Source: a virus
Taxonomy: Duplodnaviria; Caudoviricetes
Length of the DNA: 58,351 nucleotides
Reading direction: 5' to 3' (one strand)
IMG/VR virus record: IMGVR_UViG_3300026196_000002
Span: 1-58,351 of that record
A program made the translations under genes and the position numbers. This document shows positions 9,840 to 18,705 of this stretch, in pieces. The notes beneath the pieces are model-generated. The model saw only the letters and a program-made list of their open reading frames with translations, searched no databases and was not told where the DNA came from. Within the stretch, counting starts at the first letter, position 1; each line of letters opens with the position of its first letter.

Positions 9840-10127
9840 ATGACTGACGAAATGGACTGTAACAGTTGCGTAGTGACTGATTTGGAAGATCAAGAGTGCG
9901 ACGTGTGCCATGCAGAGCAAGTGCGTGAACCCGCACAGGAACACCCCTCTGCGTTAATTGGCTTGTTAGCACGCGCTCTTTGCAAGGCGGACACCCTTGG
10001 ATATGAGCGCGGTTTCACTGACGCAGACCCTACGGCTGGAAACACCGATGATGCGTTAATGGAGGTGGTTGAAATGACATGGAAAGAATGGATAGAGGAC
10101 GCCGAGCAAGTTTTACGTGCGTGCTAA
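9840..10127 (+). CDS. Cassette ORF starting inside the attC loop
   Basis: RBS GAGGAGG inside site 9799-9971; two CxxC. Confidence 0.7.
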   Translation: MTDEMDCNSCVVTDLEDQECDVCHAEQVREPAQEHPSALIGLLARALCKADTLGYERGFTDADPTAGNTDDALMEVVEMTWKEWIEDAEQVLRAC

Positions 10128-10237
10128 CGTTGGAATAAGCGCGTGGCGGGTAATAGCTGGCGACAGGGTTTGATCCTGTGAACCACACCACTATTTCCAT
10201 CCGCTTCATGTACATGGTTAGCCAAGGAGTAGACATT

Positions 10238-10495
10238 ATGAAAAAGGGATATTTAATTTTAGCAAGAGCTCCGCTGCTACCAATACATGCGGTATGTGAG
10301 TTTATTTTATTGCTGGCAACCTTAATACTGCTGCCGTTTATTTGGATGTCTGGGCGGCTTATAGATATTGCCGAAAAGATGCCAGACATGAGTTGGTACA
10401 AGGGGGCTGAGTACCACAACTTAAAGGCGAGGATAAACGCGAAAATTAAAAAACGCCTGAAAGAGAAAGAAGCTCGTTTGCCGAAGGCTGACTAA
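10238..10495 (+). CDS. Cassette ORF, membrane protein
   Basis: RBS AAGGAG; hydrophobic segment. Confidence 0.7.
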   Translation: MKKGYLILARAPLLPIHAVCEFILLLATLILLPFIWMSGRLIDIAEKMPDMSWYKGAEYHNLKARINAKIKKRLKEKEARLPKAD

Positions 10496-10526
10496 CTATT
10501 GAGATAACCGGATTGTGGAGGAAGAG

Positions 10527-10778
10527 ATGGCATTTTGCAAACACAATGGCGGTGGACCGAAGACGTGCCCGGCATGTCGTCGCGAGGGTAGCAATTCCGC
10601 GTTGATTGACGGGTTAGCCGCCGAACAGATCAAAAAGGGGATAAGCGAGATTCTTCATGCCGCCCTGAGTGGAATAGACGAAACCCTGCGACATGAGAAA
10701 AGTTATATACGATGGGGGCTGGTCGAGAAAAGGATACATGAGAAAGTGGATGAACTGCTGAATGTTCATGGCGGCTAA
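10527..10778 (+). CDS. Cassette ORF starting inside the attC loop
   Basis: RBS GGAGG in the attC arm; CKH...CPAC. Confidence 0.7.
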   Translation: MAFCKHNGGGPKTCPACRREGSNSALIDGLAAEQIKKGISEILHAALSGIDETLRHEKSYIRWGLVEKRIHEKVDELLNVHGG

Positions 10779-10880
10779 CGAAATTAATAAGCGGCGGCGG
10801 CTCAATGGTGGGCCGCGTAGCGGCGCGGACAGGTTCACCGTCCGCTTGATTTAAGGGTTGTACGGCAGAGGAGGTGGAAA

Positions 10881-11039
10881 ATGGCATGCCCTGGATGTGG
10901 TTGTAAGGTGACTTACCAGCACGACTGTATGGACGACGACTACAATAGCGAAGGTGAAGAGTACGAACGGTGCGCAGCCTGCGGCTTTGTTTTTGATATT
11001 GAACTGGCCGCAGATGATGACGACGCCGAAAATTTTTAG
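10881..11039 (+). CDS. Cassette ORF, 52-aa acidic Zn-finger
   Basis: Manual translation MACPGCGCK...RCAACGF...; RBS GAGGAGG. Confidence 0.75.
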   Translation: MACPGCGCKVTYQHDCMDDDYNSEGEEYERCAACGFVFDIELAADDDDAENF

Positions 11040-11091
11040 CCGTACAACGCCCCAGTAAGCGGCTACGACGAAATGACGGAGGATTGACGCA

Positions 11092-11388
11092 ATGGAATGT
11101 ACACACCCAGAACCAAGGGCCTATTGTAAGCACGATGACGGATGCAACGACTGCGGCAAGTTTGGTTTAGCAGAGCCGGTTCCTAGTCCGCTTGACGATA
11201 TGGTTAGCCTGCAAGCAGTTCGAGCGTGCATCGAATATCTTTTAAATGGATTTGAGAGCCGAGAAGATGTCACACCACGAAAAATTTGTTTAGAGGCACT
11301 GCAAAGAAATGGGATACCGCTTGACGTTAAGTACAGCACCTTAGCAGAACGAACCAAAAGATACACTGTGAGCGTGGAAGGCAGATAA
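11092..11388 (+). CDS. Cassette ORF starting inside the attC loop
   Basis: Cys-rich N-terminus encoded in site 11042-11209. Confidence 0.65.
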   Translation: MECTHPEPRAYCKHDDGCNDCGKFGLAEPVPSPLDDMVSLQAVRACIEYLLNGFESREDVTPRKICLEALQRNGIPLDVKYSTLAERTKRYTVSVEGR

Positions 11389-11534
11389 ATTTTTCAGTAG
11401 GCTAACGCCCACGCATGAGCTGCGGCGACGAACTGCCGACCCGCGCCAGCGGAGTACCCCGCTATGTTCCGTCCGCTCGATGCGATTGTTAGATACGCTC
11501 TTCAATTTATTTTTATTTTATTTTACTTTTTCTG

Positions 11535-11563
11535 TTGACATGTGTCCCCATTGGGAATATAGT
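11535..11563 (+). promoter_or_regulatory. Strong sigma70 promoter inside a cassette, with a palindrome in the spacer
   Basis: TTGACA-17 bp-TATAGT; AT-rich upstream tract; TCCC..TGGGA dyad in the spacer. Confidence 0.85.
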
Positions 11564-11604
11564 TAAATAACAAACAAGGAACACTAACCCAACGGAGGCA
11601 CATC

Positions 11605-11925
11605 ATGGAAACAACATTAATCGTATCGTCCGGCCAGTACGAAACATCAGCTGTAAAGCTAGCTGTCAATCATAAGACGTGGGGCGGCCTCTGTCGCCGA
11701 ATTACCCAACTTGAAAATCAGTATGCTGTTTATGGTGACAATTTCGCGGGCTGGCTAAAAGCAAGTGTTTCGCTGGCGGACAGCCGCGACGAGTGGGGGG
11801 ATAATCAAATCATCGGGGGCCAGTGGTGCCAGCCCTATAACGGATGGCTGTCAGTGGAAGAAATCGATGGTCCGTTTATGTCCTACGATGATCTCCATAA
11901 AAAACTTTATGGGTGCAACCGATGA
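11605..11925 (+). CDS. Cassette ORF, hypothetical, with its own promoter
   Basis: RBS GGAGG; 106 aa. Confidence 0.8.
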   Translation: METTLIVSSGQYETSAVKLAVNHKTWGGLCRRITQLENQYAVYGDNFAGWLKASVSLADSRDEWGDNQIIGGQWCQPYNGWLSVEEIDGPFMSYDDLHKKLYGCNR

Positions 11926-12101
11926 CACCCGCCGAATTAATGGAGGACCGGCAAACGCTGGGCCTCAATATTACGCAGATGGCAGCCCGCCTGAACACGC
12001 CGCGTGGAACCTATTTGAAATGGGAGCGCGGTGAACGACGGGTGCCACCATGTTTGGATGTGCTGATACCGTTGGTGATAGAAAAAGACGGGAGTATCTA
12101 A
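11922..12101 (+). CDS. Small XRE-type HTH protein
   Basis: RQTLGLNITQMAARLNTPRGTYLKWERGER; ATGA overlap with the upstream ORF. Confidence 0.85.
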   Translation: MTPAELMEDRQTLGLNITQMAARLNTPRGTYLKWERGERRVPPCLDVLIPLVIEKDGSI

Positions 12102-12222
12102 CGGTGGTGATAAGCGGTGGATTGCTACCGCTTGCATACAAACGAATTAATCAAACTAGCAGCATGTAACAACCATCCGCTTGATTAGGTTGTTATAATG
12201 CGCTGTTTCGCAGGGGGCGGGA

Positions 12223-12405
12223 ATGGATGCAAAAGAGACTAGCAGATTGATAGGTGCCGCGTATAAGCGAGGCATTGAGGATATCTGCGACACAATGGCT
12301 GAATCTGTCCGAATTATTGCAGAAGGCTTGCCGGGAGTAACCTTCACAACACAAGACTTAATAGCCTTTATAGAGAAGGCCAAAAATGAGGGCCTAGCAT
12401 TATAA
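12223..12405 (+). CDS. Cassette ORF, hypothetical
   Basis: Fills the cassette; stop codon in the core site. Confidence 0.7.
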   Translation: MDAKETSRLIGAAYKRGIEDICDTMAESVRIIAEGLPGVTFTTQDLIAFIEKAKNEGLAL

Positions 12406-12535
12406 CAGTGATGATAACCAGTTGCCGTAGACAGGTGGATTGACCGCCGAGCAGTTATAGGGAGAACACGCGCCGCTCCTTGCAATCTGCGTTGATTTTT
12501 TGGTTAGTTTGCGCTGCTGAGAAGAGGAGATAACA

Positions 12536-12742
12536 ATGTTTAAACATGATGATAACTGTCCTGTTTGCGTAAAACACCCAATAGACGAGGTGCAATGCCA
12601 ATGTAAAGACCAATTTTATAGGGAAAAATTGGCGCTGGAATATTGTAACCAATACAACATAAACGATGATTCACCAGAAAGGGATGCAATAATAAACGCG
12701 TTTATAGTTGGGATAACTATTGGAGAAAAACGAGCAAACTAA
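12536..12742 (+). CDS. Cassette ORF, Cys-containing hypothetical
   Basis: RBS AGGAG; stop codon in the core site. Confidence 0.7.
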   Translation: MFKHDDNCPVCVKHPIDEVQCQCKDQFYREKLALEYCNQYNINDDSPERDAIINAFIVGITIGEKRAN

Positions 12743-12838
12743 CGGTAAAGCTAAGCGGCGGCGACGCGAGGCTTAAATAAAAACACCAGACGGATAACCC
12801 GTCCGACTTTAGCACCTTGTTAGGCGTGGGAGAATGAA

Positions 12839-13003
12839 ATGCAAATATTGGAACTTGTAAAACTGCTGAACCAGCAGGCAAACGAGATAGCGTCTGCTGG
12901 GCATAATGGCTGGGGAAATACAATGCGAGATGCTGCCGACAAACTTGAGGAGTTGCAAGAGCGTATTTACCAACTAGAGAATCAATGTGCTAATGGTGCC
13001 TAA
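12839..13003 (+). CDS. Cassette ORF, 54-aa coiled-coil
   Basis: Manual translation MQILELVKLLNQQANEIASAGHNGWGNTMRDAADKLEELQ...; stop codon in the core site. Confidence 0.7.
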   Translation: MQILELVKLLNQQANEIASAGHNGWGNTMRDAADKLEELQERIYQLENQCANGA

Positions 13004-13049
13004 CGGTAGTGATAAGCGGCGGATTGCCGCCAGAAGGGATACCACCGCA

Positions 13050-13322
13050 ATGGGCAGAAAAGAGCCAACACCTCCGCCAGAAAATGCCGTGAAGCCTTCG
13101 CCACCACCAGCACCACCTGTTCGGCAAAATTCGGCTGCTTGTTCCCGTCCGGTTGATTTGATGGTTATACGCAAAACCTTGGAGCGCGAAATTGCTTCTA
13201 AGCAAAAATCCGTTGATAGACTGCACCGAAAGGGTGCATTGGAGGCCGCTGCAAGGGAGGACGCTGTACGCGAAGGGCTAGCGTGGGGGCTATTCGTGCT
13301 GTCCCAAAAGTGCAGCGTATAA
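13050..13322 (+). CDS. Cassette ORF with Pro-rich N-terminus encoded in the attC
   Basis: MGRKEPTPPP...SRPVDLMVIR; start position uncertain. Confidence 0.55.
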   Translation: MGRKEPTPPPENAVKPSPPPAPPVRQNSAACSRPVDLMVIRKTLEREIASKQKSVDRLHRKGALEAAAREDAVREGLAWGLFVLSQKCSV

Positions 13323-13451
13323 CGACCTGCATAACAGGTGGCGACGTGCCGATGAAACTATTGACGCAATCAAAGCGGTTTTCGGGGAGCACAGACCTAT
13401 TTTCCATCCGCGTTGATGCACTGGTTAGCCCATACCAGAAAGGATCGCACG

Positions 13452-13646
13452 ATGTACGATAGAGATTTTTTAATTTGGCTACATGAGCGCATGGAGCATG
13501 TACACCAAGAAAGCCATTTAGTAGATTACATGCACAAGTTACGAGCGATAATTAAAAGGACCCCGCCAAAGCAAATGACACCGAATGCCATGGGCAAAAA
13601 CAACCTTGAAGAGCTGAAAGAGGAACTAGGCATCTTAAAGGGCTAA
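13452..13646 (+). CDS. Cassette ORF, hypothetical phage protein
   Basis: DRDFLIWLHERM...DYMHKLRAII. Confidence 0.75.
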   Translation: MYDRDFLIWLHERMEHVHQESHLVDYMHKLRAIIKRTPPKQMTPNAMGKNNLEELKEELGILKG

Positions 13647-13784
13647 CGCTTGCGGATAACCGGTGGCGCTGCTAACTGACAACCTTTACCGCAATTTAGA
13701 TTTTGCTTTTTGTAAACCACAGAGGCCCATTCCATCCGCGTTAATTAGCTTGTTATGTGGCCTGTTTCGGAATAGGGGACTGAT

Positions 13785-13970
13785 ATGAAAATAGTTATTG
13801 AACACGATACAGACGAAAAACAATACGGACGTGTGTTGGTGCAGACAAAGCATGGTGGACGATCTGATGTTAGCAATGGGGACTATGTTGAATTAACGCC
13901 TGAATTATTAGATGCGATTCAAAAAGCACAGGTTGAAATGGACAGGGTGAGTAGACTTTTGAAAGTTTAG
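13785..13970 (+). CDS. Cassette ORF, hypothetical
   Basis: RBS AGGGG; fills the cassette. Confidence 0.7.
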   Translation: MKIVIEHDTDEKQYGRVLVQTKHGGRSDVSNGDYVELTPELLDAIQKAQVEMDRVSRLLKV

Positions 13971-14102
13971 ATGCCACATAACAGTACTGATAAGCTGCGG
14001 CGACGCACCCTTTGCGGGCCACCGAGCTTATCGTAAACCACGGCGCTATTCCCCGTCAGCTTGATTATTTTGTTATATTTTAATTTTACACGGAGCAAGT
14101 TT

Positions 14103-14309
14103 ATGAAAAAACAAAGACCTATTTTTATTGAATACTCATGGGTTGACCCGTGGGACGGCAGTTTTTGTGCTGGAGGGAGTTGCCCATATTTAAAAGGAAG
14201 AATGCTACGCGGTGTATACCGCAAAGAAATTCTTGCTGCGAAGAAACTTGCAAGGGGATGGACCGGGCCCAGAACCCCAAGACTGCAGGTATTAGTCCAT
14301 AAAATATAA
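14103..14309 (+). CDS. Cassette ORF, basic hypothetical
   Basis: RBS GGAG; stop codon in the core site. Confidence 0.65.
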   Translation: MKKQRPIFIEYSWVDPWDGSFCAGGSCPYLKGRMLRGVYRKEILAAKKLARGWTGPRTPRLQVLVHKI

Positions 14310-14409
14310 CGCCCATGTTAAGCGGTGGCGGATGGACGGTGACTAAGAAGCAGACGCCTTGTTCCATCCGCTTGAACTAATTGTTAGCCCAAACCACAGG
14401 AGATCAAAA

Positions 14410-14580
14410 ATGATACAGATTGAACAGGTGGCAAATGGTTTTGTGGTGACTTCTGGCATAATGCACCGCGGAGAGTGCCGCAGCAATGATGACACGTACG
14501 TTTTTCAAACAATGGAAAATCTCCAAAAGTGGATTGATCAACATTTTAGCCCCGTGCAAAAGACCGCGAGGCAAGATTAA
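14410..14580 (+). CDS. Cassette ORF, hypothetical
   Basis: RBS AGGAG; IEQVANGFVV motif. Confidence 0.75.
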   Translation: MIQIEQVANGFVVTSGIMHRGECRSNDDTYVFQTMENLQKWIDQHFSPVQKTARQD

Positions 14581-14701
14581 GGGCTAACGTCAATGGTAAC
14601 CGGAGGCGACGAACCGGCTCGGCTACCTACGCAATTTTGATTTTCAATTTTGCACAGACGTATATTCATTCCGGTTCACTCAATTGTTAGCGAGGCGCTT
14701 T

Positions 14702-14926
14702 ATGGACTACCTAGGGATTTGGCTTCTTGTGCTGGTAGCGTTTGCCGGTGGGTGGGGATGGGGGCAATGGCAAGCAGAAAGAACAATGCGGCAAGAAAAG
14801 TCGCTGAACGAAAAAGGACGAGTGGTTGTTTCTATGCCAATGCGTGAAGACAACGCTTCTCAAATGATGGGGATGCTACAGGATTTAATAAAGCAGGCCG
14901 AAGAAACCAACGCCGAGCCACGCTAA
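14702..14926 (+). CDS. Cassette ORF with N-terminal transmembrane segment
   Basis: RBS GAGG; hydrophobic N-terminus. Confidence 0.7.
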   Translation: MDYLGIWLLVLVAFAGGWGWGQWQAERTMRQEKSLNEKGRVVVSMPMREDNASQMMGMLQDLIKQAEETNAEPR

Positions 14927-15051
14927 CAGTACTGATAAGCTGCGGCAGCGCACCCCTTGCGAACCGCCGCGCTTATCGTAAACCACAGCGCCATTTTTCC
15001 GTCAGCTTGATTTGATGGTTCAACGCCTACGCTACCAAGGGAGATAAAATT

Positions 15052-15240
15052 ATGGCAAACAGGAAAAGGTATACAAAGGTGACGCGGAATGAGGCGTGCT
15101 GTATTTTCGACGAAGACGGGCTGCTTGGAGAAATCGAAATTTTCCTCGAAGCTGAAGAGCCTGGCGACAAAATCACCCTCGAAATTGTTTCCATGACTGA
15201 GGATGAGTACGCCTCTTTGCCAGAATTCACTGGTTGGTAG
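15052..15240 (+). CDS. Cassette ORF, acidic
   Basis: RBS GGGAG; C-terminus similar to 48207..48389. Confidence 0.75.
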   Translation: MANRKRYTKVTRNEACCIFDEDGLLGEIEIFLEAEEPGDKITLEIVSMTEDEYASLPEFTGW

Positions 15241-15375
15241 GCGAGCGTTGAACGATTGGAATAAGCGGTGGAGCAGCTACCAGAGAGAACCTACGCAATT
15301 GCTCTTGCTTTTTGAGAACCGGCGCGGATCGGACATCCGCTTGATTTTGTGGTTATGCGTAACCACAGGAGGTTG

Positions 15376-15573
15376 ATGATGGGGATTATACGATTAACGC
15401 CGCAGTTACGGTACATCGAAACCGATGAGAATATGTCGAGTTTATCGCCGTGCACGCATCTACCCGGATACCCTGAAAATGGCAGCACGTTTTTCAAATT
15501 ACAGCAGGCGTGGGAAGATATTGAAGACGGAAGTTTGCATTGGAAAGACGTAGAAATTGATTATAGCGCATAA
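15376..15573 (+). CDS. Cassette ORF, hypothetical
   Basis: RBS AGGAGG; KLQQAW...WKDV motif. Confidence 0.75.
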   Translation: MMGIIRLTPQLRYIETDENMSSLSPCTHLPGYPENGSTFFKLQQAWEDIEDGSLHWKDVEIDYSA

Positions 15574-15701
15574 CGGTGCTGTTAAGCGGGTACGACGCGA
15601 CCTGTGAGACGCACCGAACAATTATCTTTGAAATCAGCAGCAGCCAATTTTACTCCGCTTGAACTTTTGGTTGTGCTGCAAACACTTTGAGCGAGGCAAA
15701 A

Positions 15702-15896
15702 ATGAACCCGATTGTAAAAGGTAGGTTTATATCAAACAAATGCCCAGATCCAAATTGTGATGGTGTTTTGCAACACAGACAGAACAAATATGGAGAAAAC
15801 CGCTGGGAATGTGACGGCCTTGTTGACCCAAATGATATTACAAAAGAGCTGCAACCCTGCCTTGTGGACGTGGTAGACGGGGAGTTACGTTTATAG
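15702..15896 (+). CDS. Cassette ORF, Zn-ribbon-like
   Basis: CPDPNCDG...WECDG...PC. Confidence 0.7.
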   Translation: MNPIVKGRFISNKCPDPNCDGVLQHRQNKYGENRWECDGLVDPNDITKELQPCLVDVVDGELRL

Positions 15897-16011
15897 CAGC
15901 ACAACGGTGAAGATAAGCGGCGGCGATGTGCCGTAACCTATGGAAAACAAAGCTATTTTCCGTCCGCCTTCATTTTATTGTTATAATTCGTACTTTATTT
16001 GCTGATTTCCC

Positions 16012-16039
16012 TTGACAACGTAACTAGTTATGGTAATAT
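16012..16039 (+). promoter_or_regulatory. Sigma70 promoter inside a cassette, with palindromic operator TAACTAGTTA
   Basis: TTGACA-16 bp-TAATAT with extended -10 TG; perfect 10-bp palindrome at 16021-16030. Confidence 0.75.
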
Positions 16040-16066
16040 CTAAGTAACTTAACAAAGGAGGCAGCC

Positions 16067-16258
16067 ATGAAGCAAAAAACTTGGATTAAGTATTCTGTGA
16101 AATCAATGATGGGTGAAGTTGTCAACGGTGAGATAAACCTGAATTGGGCGTTTGATGCTGACTTGGTGAACAATTTCGACAAGACCATGCGCTACCTTGA
16201 GCGGGACGCCGGTTGTTATATCAAGGAAGTTCTCGAATTTGAGTCGGGGACAAAATGA
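16067..16258 (+). CDS. Cassette ORF, hypothetical, with its own promoter
   Basis: RBS AAGGAGG. Confidence 0.8.
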   Translation: MKQKTWIKYSVKSMMGEVVNGEINLNWAFDADLVNNFDKTMRYLERDAGCYIKEVLEFESGTK

Positions 16259-16410
16259 CCAAACTTGATGACCTTCTGGAAGGGCTAACCGAGGCCGAAT
16301 TGAAAACACTACGTGCCAAGATAAACGGGAAGATCGGAAAGCGTAGTATATCGCCAGAGGCACAGGCCAAGATGCAGGAAGCGCGCAAGAAAAAGCACCA
16401 AGAATTATAA
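16255..16410 (+). CDS. 51-aa basic protein, possible DNA-binding autoregulator
   Basis: Manual translation MTKLDDLLEGLTEAELKTLRAKINGKIGKRSISPEAQAKMQEARKKKHQEL; ATGA overlap. Confidence 0.7.
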   Translation: MTKLDDLLEGLTEAELKTLRAKINGKIGKRSISPEAQAKMQEARKKKHQEL

Positions 16411-16539
16411 CATTTGGAATAACCGGTGGCCGTAGAAACCTGCGTGAGCCACCACTATTTTGCACTTAAATTTACAACCGCAGCCAGTTGCCATCCGCGT
16501 TGATGTCCCTGGTTATGTGGCCTGCTGAATGGAGGGAAA

Positions 16540-16710
16540 ATGCCAGATTTTGAGAGAGTGTTGGACGAACTGAGTATTGACCTAGCGCAGACAGATGCAG
16601 ATAGGCAGTATGCAAAAGGATATATAGCCGGTAAAAACCGGGCGCGGTTTGAAATACTTGGAGTGGTGGTTGTGCTGTATTTTGTAATAGCACTAATCGG
16701 TAAACTTTAA
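16540..16710 (+). CDS. Cassette ORF, 56 aa with C-terminal transmembrane segment
   Basis: Manual translation; RBS GGAGG. Confidence 0.7.
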   Translation: MPDFERVLDELSIDLAQTDADRQYAKGYIAGKNRARFEILGVVVVLYFVIALIGKL

Positions 16711-16841
16711 GCCACATAACAGTACTGATAAGCTGCGGCGGCGCACCTTTTGCGCACCACCGAGCTTATCGTAATTTGCAGCGCCATTTTCCGTCAGCTT
16801 GATTTGATGGTTGGCTGGCGCTGGTTCCTACGGAGAGAATA

Positions 16842-17033
16842 ATGAGCAAGAAAGAGCGACGGAACTACACCATTACCGCCGAACGTTCTGACCACGGCAA
16901 GTCGTCAGTTGACATCAAGTGTCCATTTTGTGGCTCGATCACAACCGCTTACCTTTGGTCCCTGGCCGGCAGTGGGAAAAAATGTGAATGTGGGGCAAAG
17001 CATACATATCTGAACGGGACAATTGCGGCATAG
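16842..17033 (+). CDS. Cassette ORF, Zn-finger
   Basis: CPFCG...WSLAGSGKKCECGAKH. Confidence 0.75.
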   Translation: MSKKERRNYTITAERSDHGKSSVDIKCPFCGSITTAYLWSLAGSGKKCECGAKHTYLNGTIAA

Positions 17034-17160
17034 CCAGCCAACAGTGAAGATAACTGGTTACGACGCGAACCAGGCGAACCACCGAGTTTTTCGAGAACCG
17101 CATCTTTATTTTAATCCAGTTCATTTTTTGGTTAGTTTGCGAACCTTGAAAGGGCAACCG

Positions 17161-17343
17161 ATGATTACTAAAACTACAATTTCAAACTTTATAAAAAAGA
17201 TCGATAAAAAGCAGATAAAAATCGGAAAAGAGCGAGACTCTTTAGACGACCTGATTTCTGATATGGCACAACTGCGCGAGGACTGCAGCGAAGCATGGGA
17301 CAATTTGCAGGACGCAAGAGACGCGCTGAGCCGTATGCAGTAA
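17161..17343 (+). CDS. Cassette ORF, coiled-coil
   Basis: Fills the cassette. Confidence 0.7.
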   Translation: MITKTTISNFIKKIDKKQIKIGKERDSLDDLISDMAQLREDCSEAWDNLQDARDALSRMQ

Positions 17344-17461
17344 AGCAAACTAACGTTCGAGTAAGCGGCAGCGGAAAACTGCCAAAATAAGAACCACACA
17401 GCTATTTTCTGTCCGCTTGACGTAGCTTGTTAGGCGTTACCACTACCGATGGAGCGTGGGA

Positions 17462-17647
17462 ATGATTGCTGATCTGAAACAACCGGCAAAATACTGGCTG
17501 GCTGATCACCTGAATAACTTTGGAGTATTACTCGAAAAAGGAGAAGACCCAAGTTGCCTGATTACCTACGGTGGTGTAGAGATCGAGATTAGGCTGAATA
17601 AGGTGCCAGGAGTCTTCGAGCGTAAAGAAATTTCACTTAGCGCCTAA
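17462..17647 (+). CDS. Cassette ORF, hypothetical
   Basis: RBS GGAG; stop codon in the core site. Confidence 0.7.
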   Translation: MIADLKQPAKYWLADHLNNFGVLLEKGEDPSCLITYGGVEIEIRLNKVPGVFERKEISLSA

Positions 17648-17675
17648 CGACCTGATAACCGGATTTGTGGAGGAT

Positions 17676-17972
17676 ATGATGGAAAAGTTTGTTGATGCGT
17701 TGCCAGAAGGTGAGCGTGAGCTACGTAAGTTTTTTGCAGAGACGGAAACAAATTCCGCGTTGATTGACTTGTTGTGCCCAGCCCGGATCGAGATAACCAC
17801 CGACCACATAGCCGAGAAATTGGATGAAATGGCCGACATTGCAGAATACTGGAGAAAGAACAGAGATAAAAAACGTATGCCAGGTGCGATACGTGCCGCA
17901 ATGCTGATGCTGGCCGAAGAATTGACCATGCTTAACAAAGTAAATGAAATTCCTAGACAGGAGTGCGGCTAG
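17676..17972 (+). CDS. Cassette ORF starting inside the attC loop
   Basis: RBS GGAGG in the attC arm; NSALIDLLC is encoded by the other arm. Confidence 0.7.
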   Translation: MMEKFVDALPEGERELRKFFAETETNSALIDLLCPARIEITTDHIAEKLDEMADIAEYWRKNRDKKRMPGAIRAAMLMLAEELTMLNKVNEIPRQECG

Positions 17973-18137
17973 TTATTTTAAGGGCACAACGCCCTGATAA
18001 CTGCGTTTGCGGGAAAGTACGTAGACATTATTCGGACAGGGGCGCAAAACGAGAAACCTAGACCGATTAAATTTGCAGAGCTGAAAGCAAATCCACGTTG
18101 ATTACGCTTGTTAGCCTGCCGAGAGAGGTAGCTAATC

Positions 18138-18329
18138 ATGAAAGTTTCGGAATTGATGGAACGGCTTGGAAAATACAACCCTGACGCTGATGTGGATGTT
18201 GTAGCCAATAACAAGGGCCACGAGTTCTCTTTTGCGTACGGCAATAGCGAAGGCTGCACCATAGAAAATTGTGAGACTGTTAGTTTGTGGGTAGACAGCT
18301 TAAATGACGGTGGCGAGTCAGCAGGCTAA
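18138..18329 (+). CDS. Cassette ORF, hypothetical phage protein
   Basis: MKVSELMERLGKYNPDADV-type N-terminus. Confidence 0.75.
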   Translation: MKVSELMERLGKYNPDADVDVVANNKGHEFSFAYGNSEGCTIENCETVSLWVDSLNDGGESAG

Positions 18330-18451
18330 CGGCTTGGTCAGCGGATGCGACGCAATGCTTGTGAACCACTGACCTCTTCAAAAATTTGCAGAAGTATTTT
18401 CATTCCGCTGCACTGAATGGTTGTGCGGCAAACAGCCAGAGCGAGGTAGAA

Positions 18452-18652
18452 ATGTTTGCATATCATTATTTTGCAGAGTTTAAGTGTGCGGCAGGCACAG
18501 CCAGGATGGATGGGGTAATCACGAGCGACAAAAAGATAGTAGATTACGACGGATACACAGCGATGAAGCGAGAAATCACAAAAGGGACAGACATTGAGGG
18601 TATGCCAGAGAAGCTATCTGTTTGCTCGTTGCAGCTACTTCATAAATTTTAG
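18452..18652 (+). CDS. Cassette ORF, hypothetical
   Basis: RBS GAGG. Confidence 0.7.
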   Translation: MFAYHYFAEFKCAAGTARMDGVITSDKKIVDYDGYTAMKREITKGTDIEGMPEKLSVCSLQLLHKF

Positions 18653-18705
18653 CCGCACAACGCCATAGTAACCGGCTACCCACTGAAAGAAAGGAACGCT
18701 GCGCA

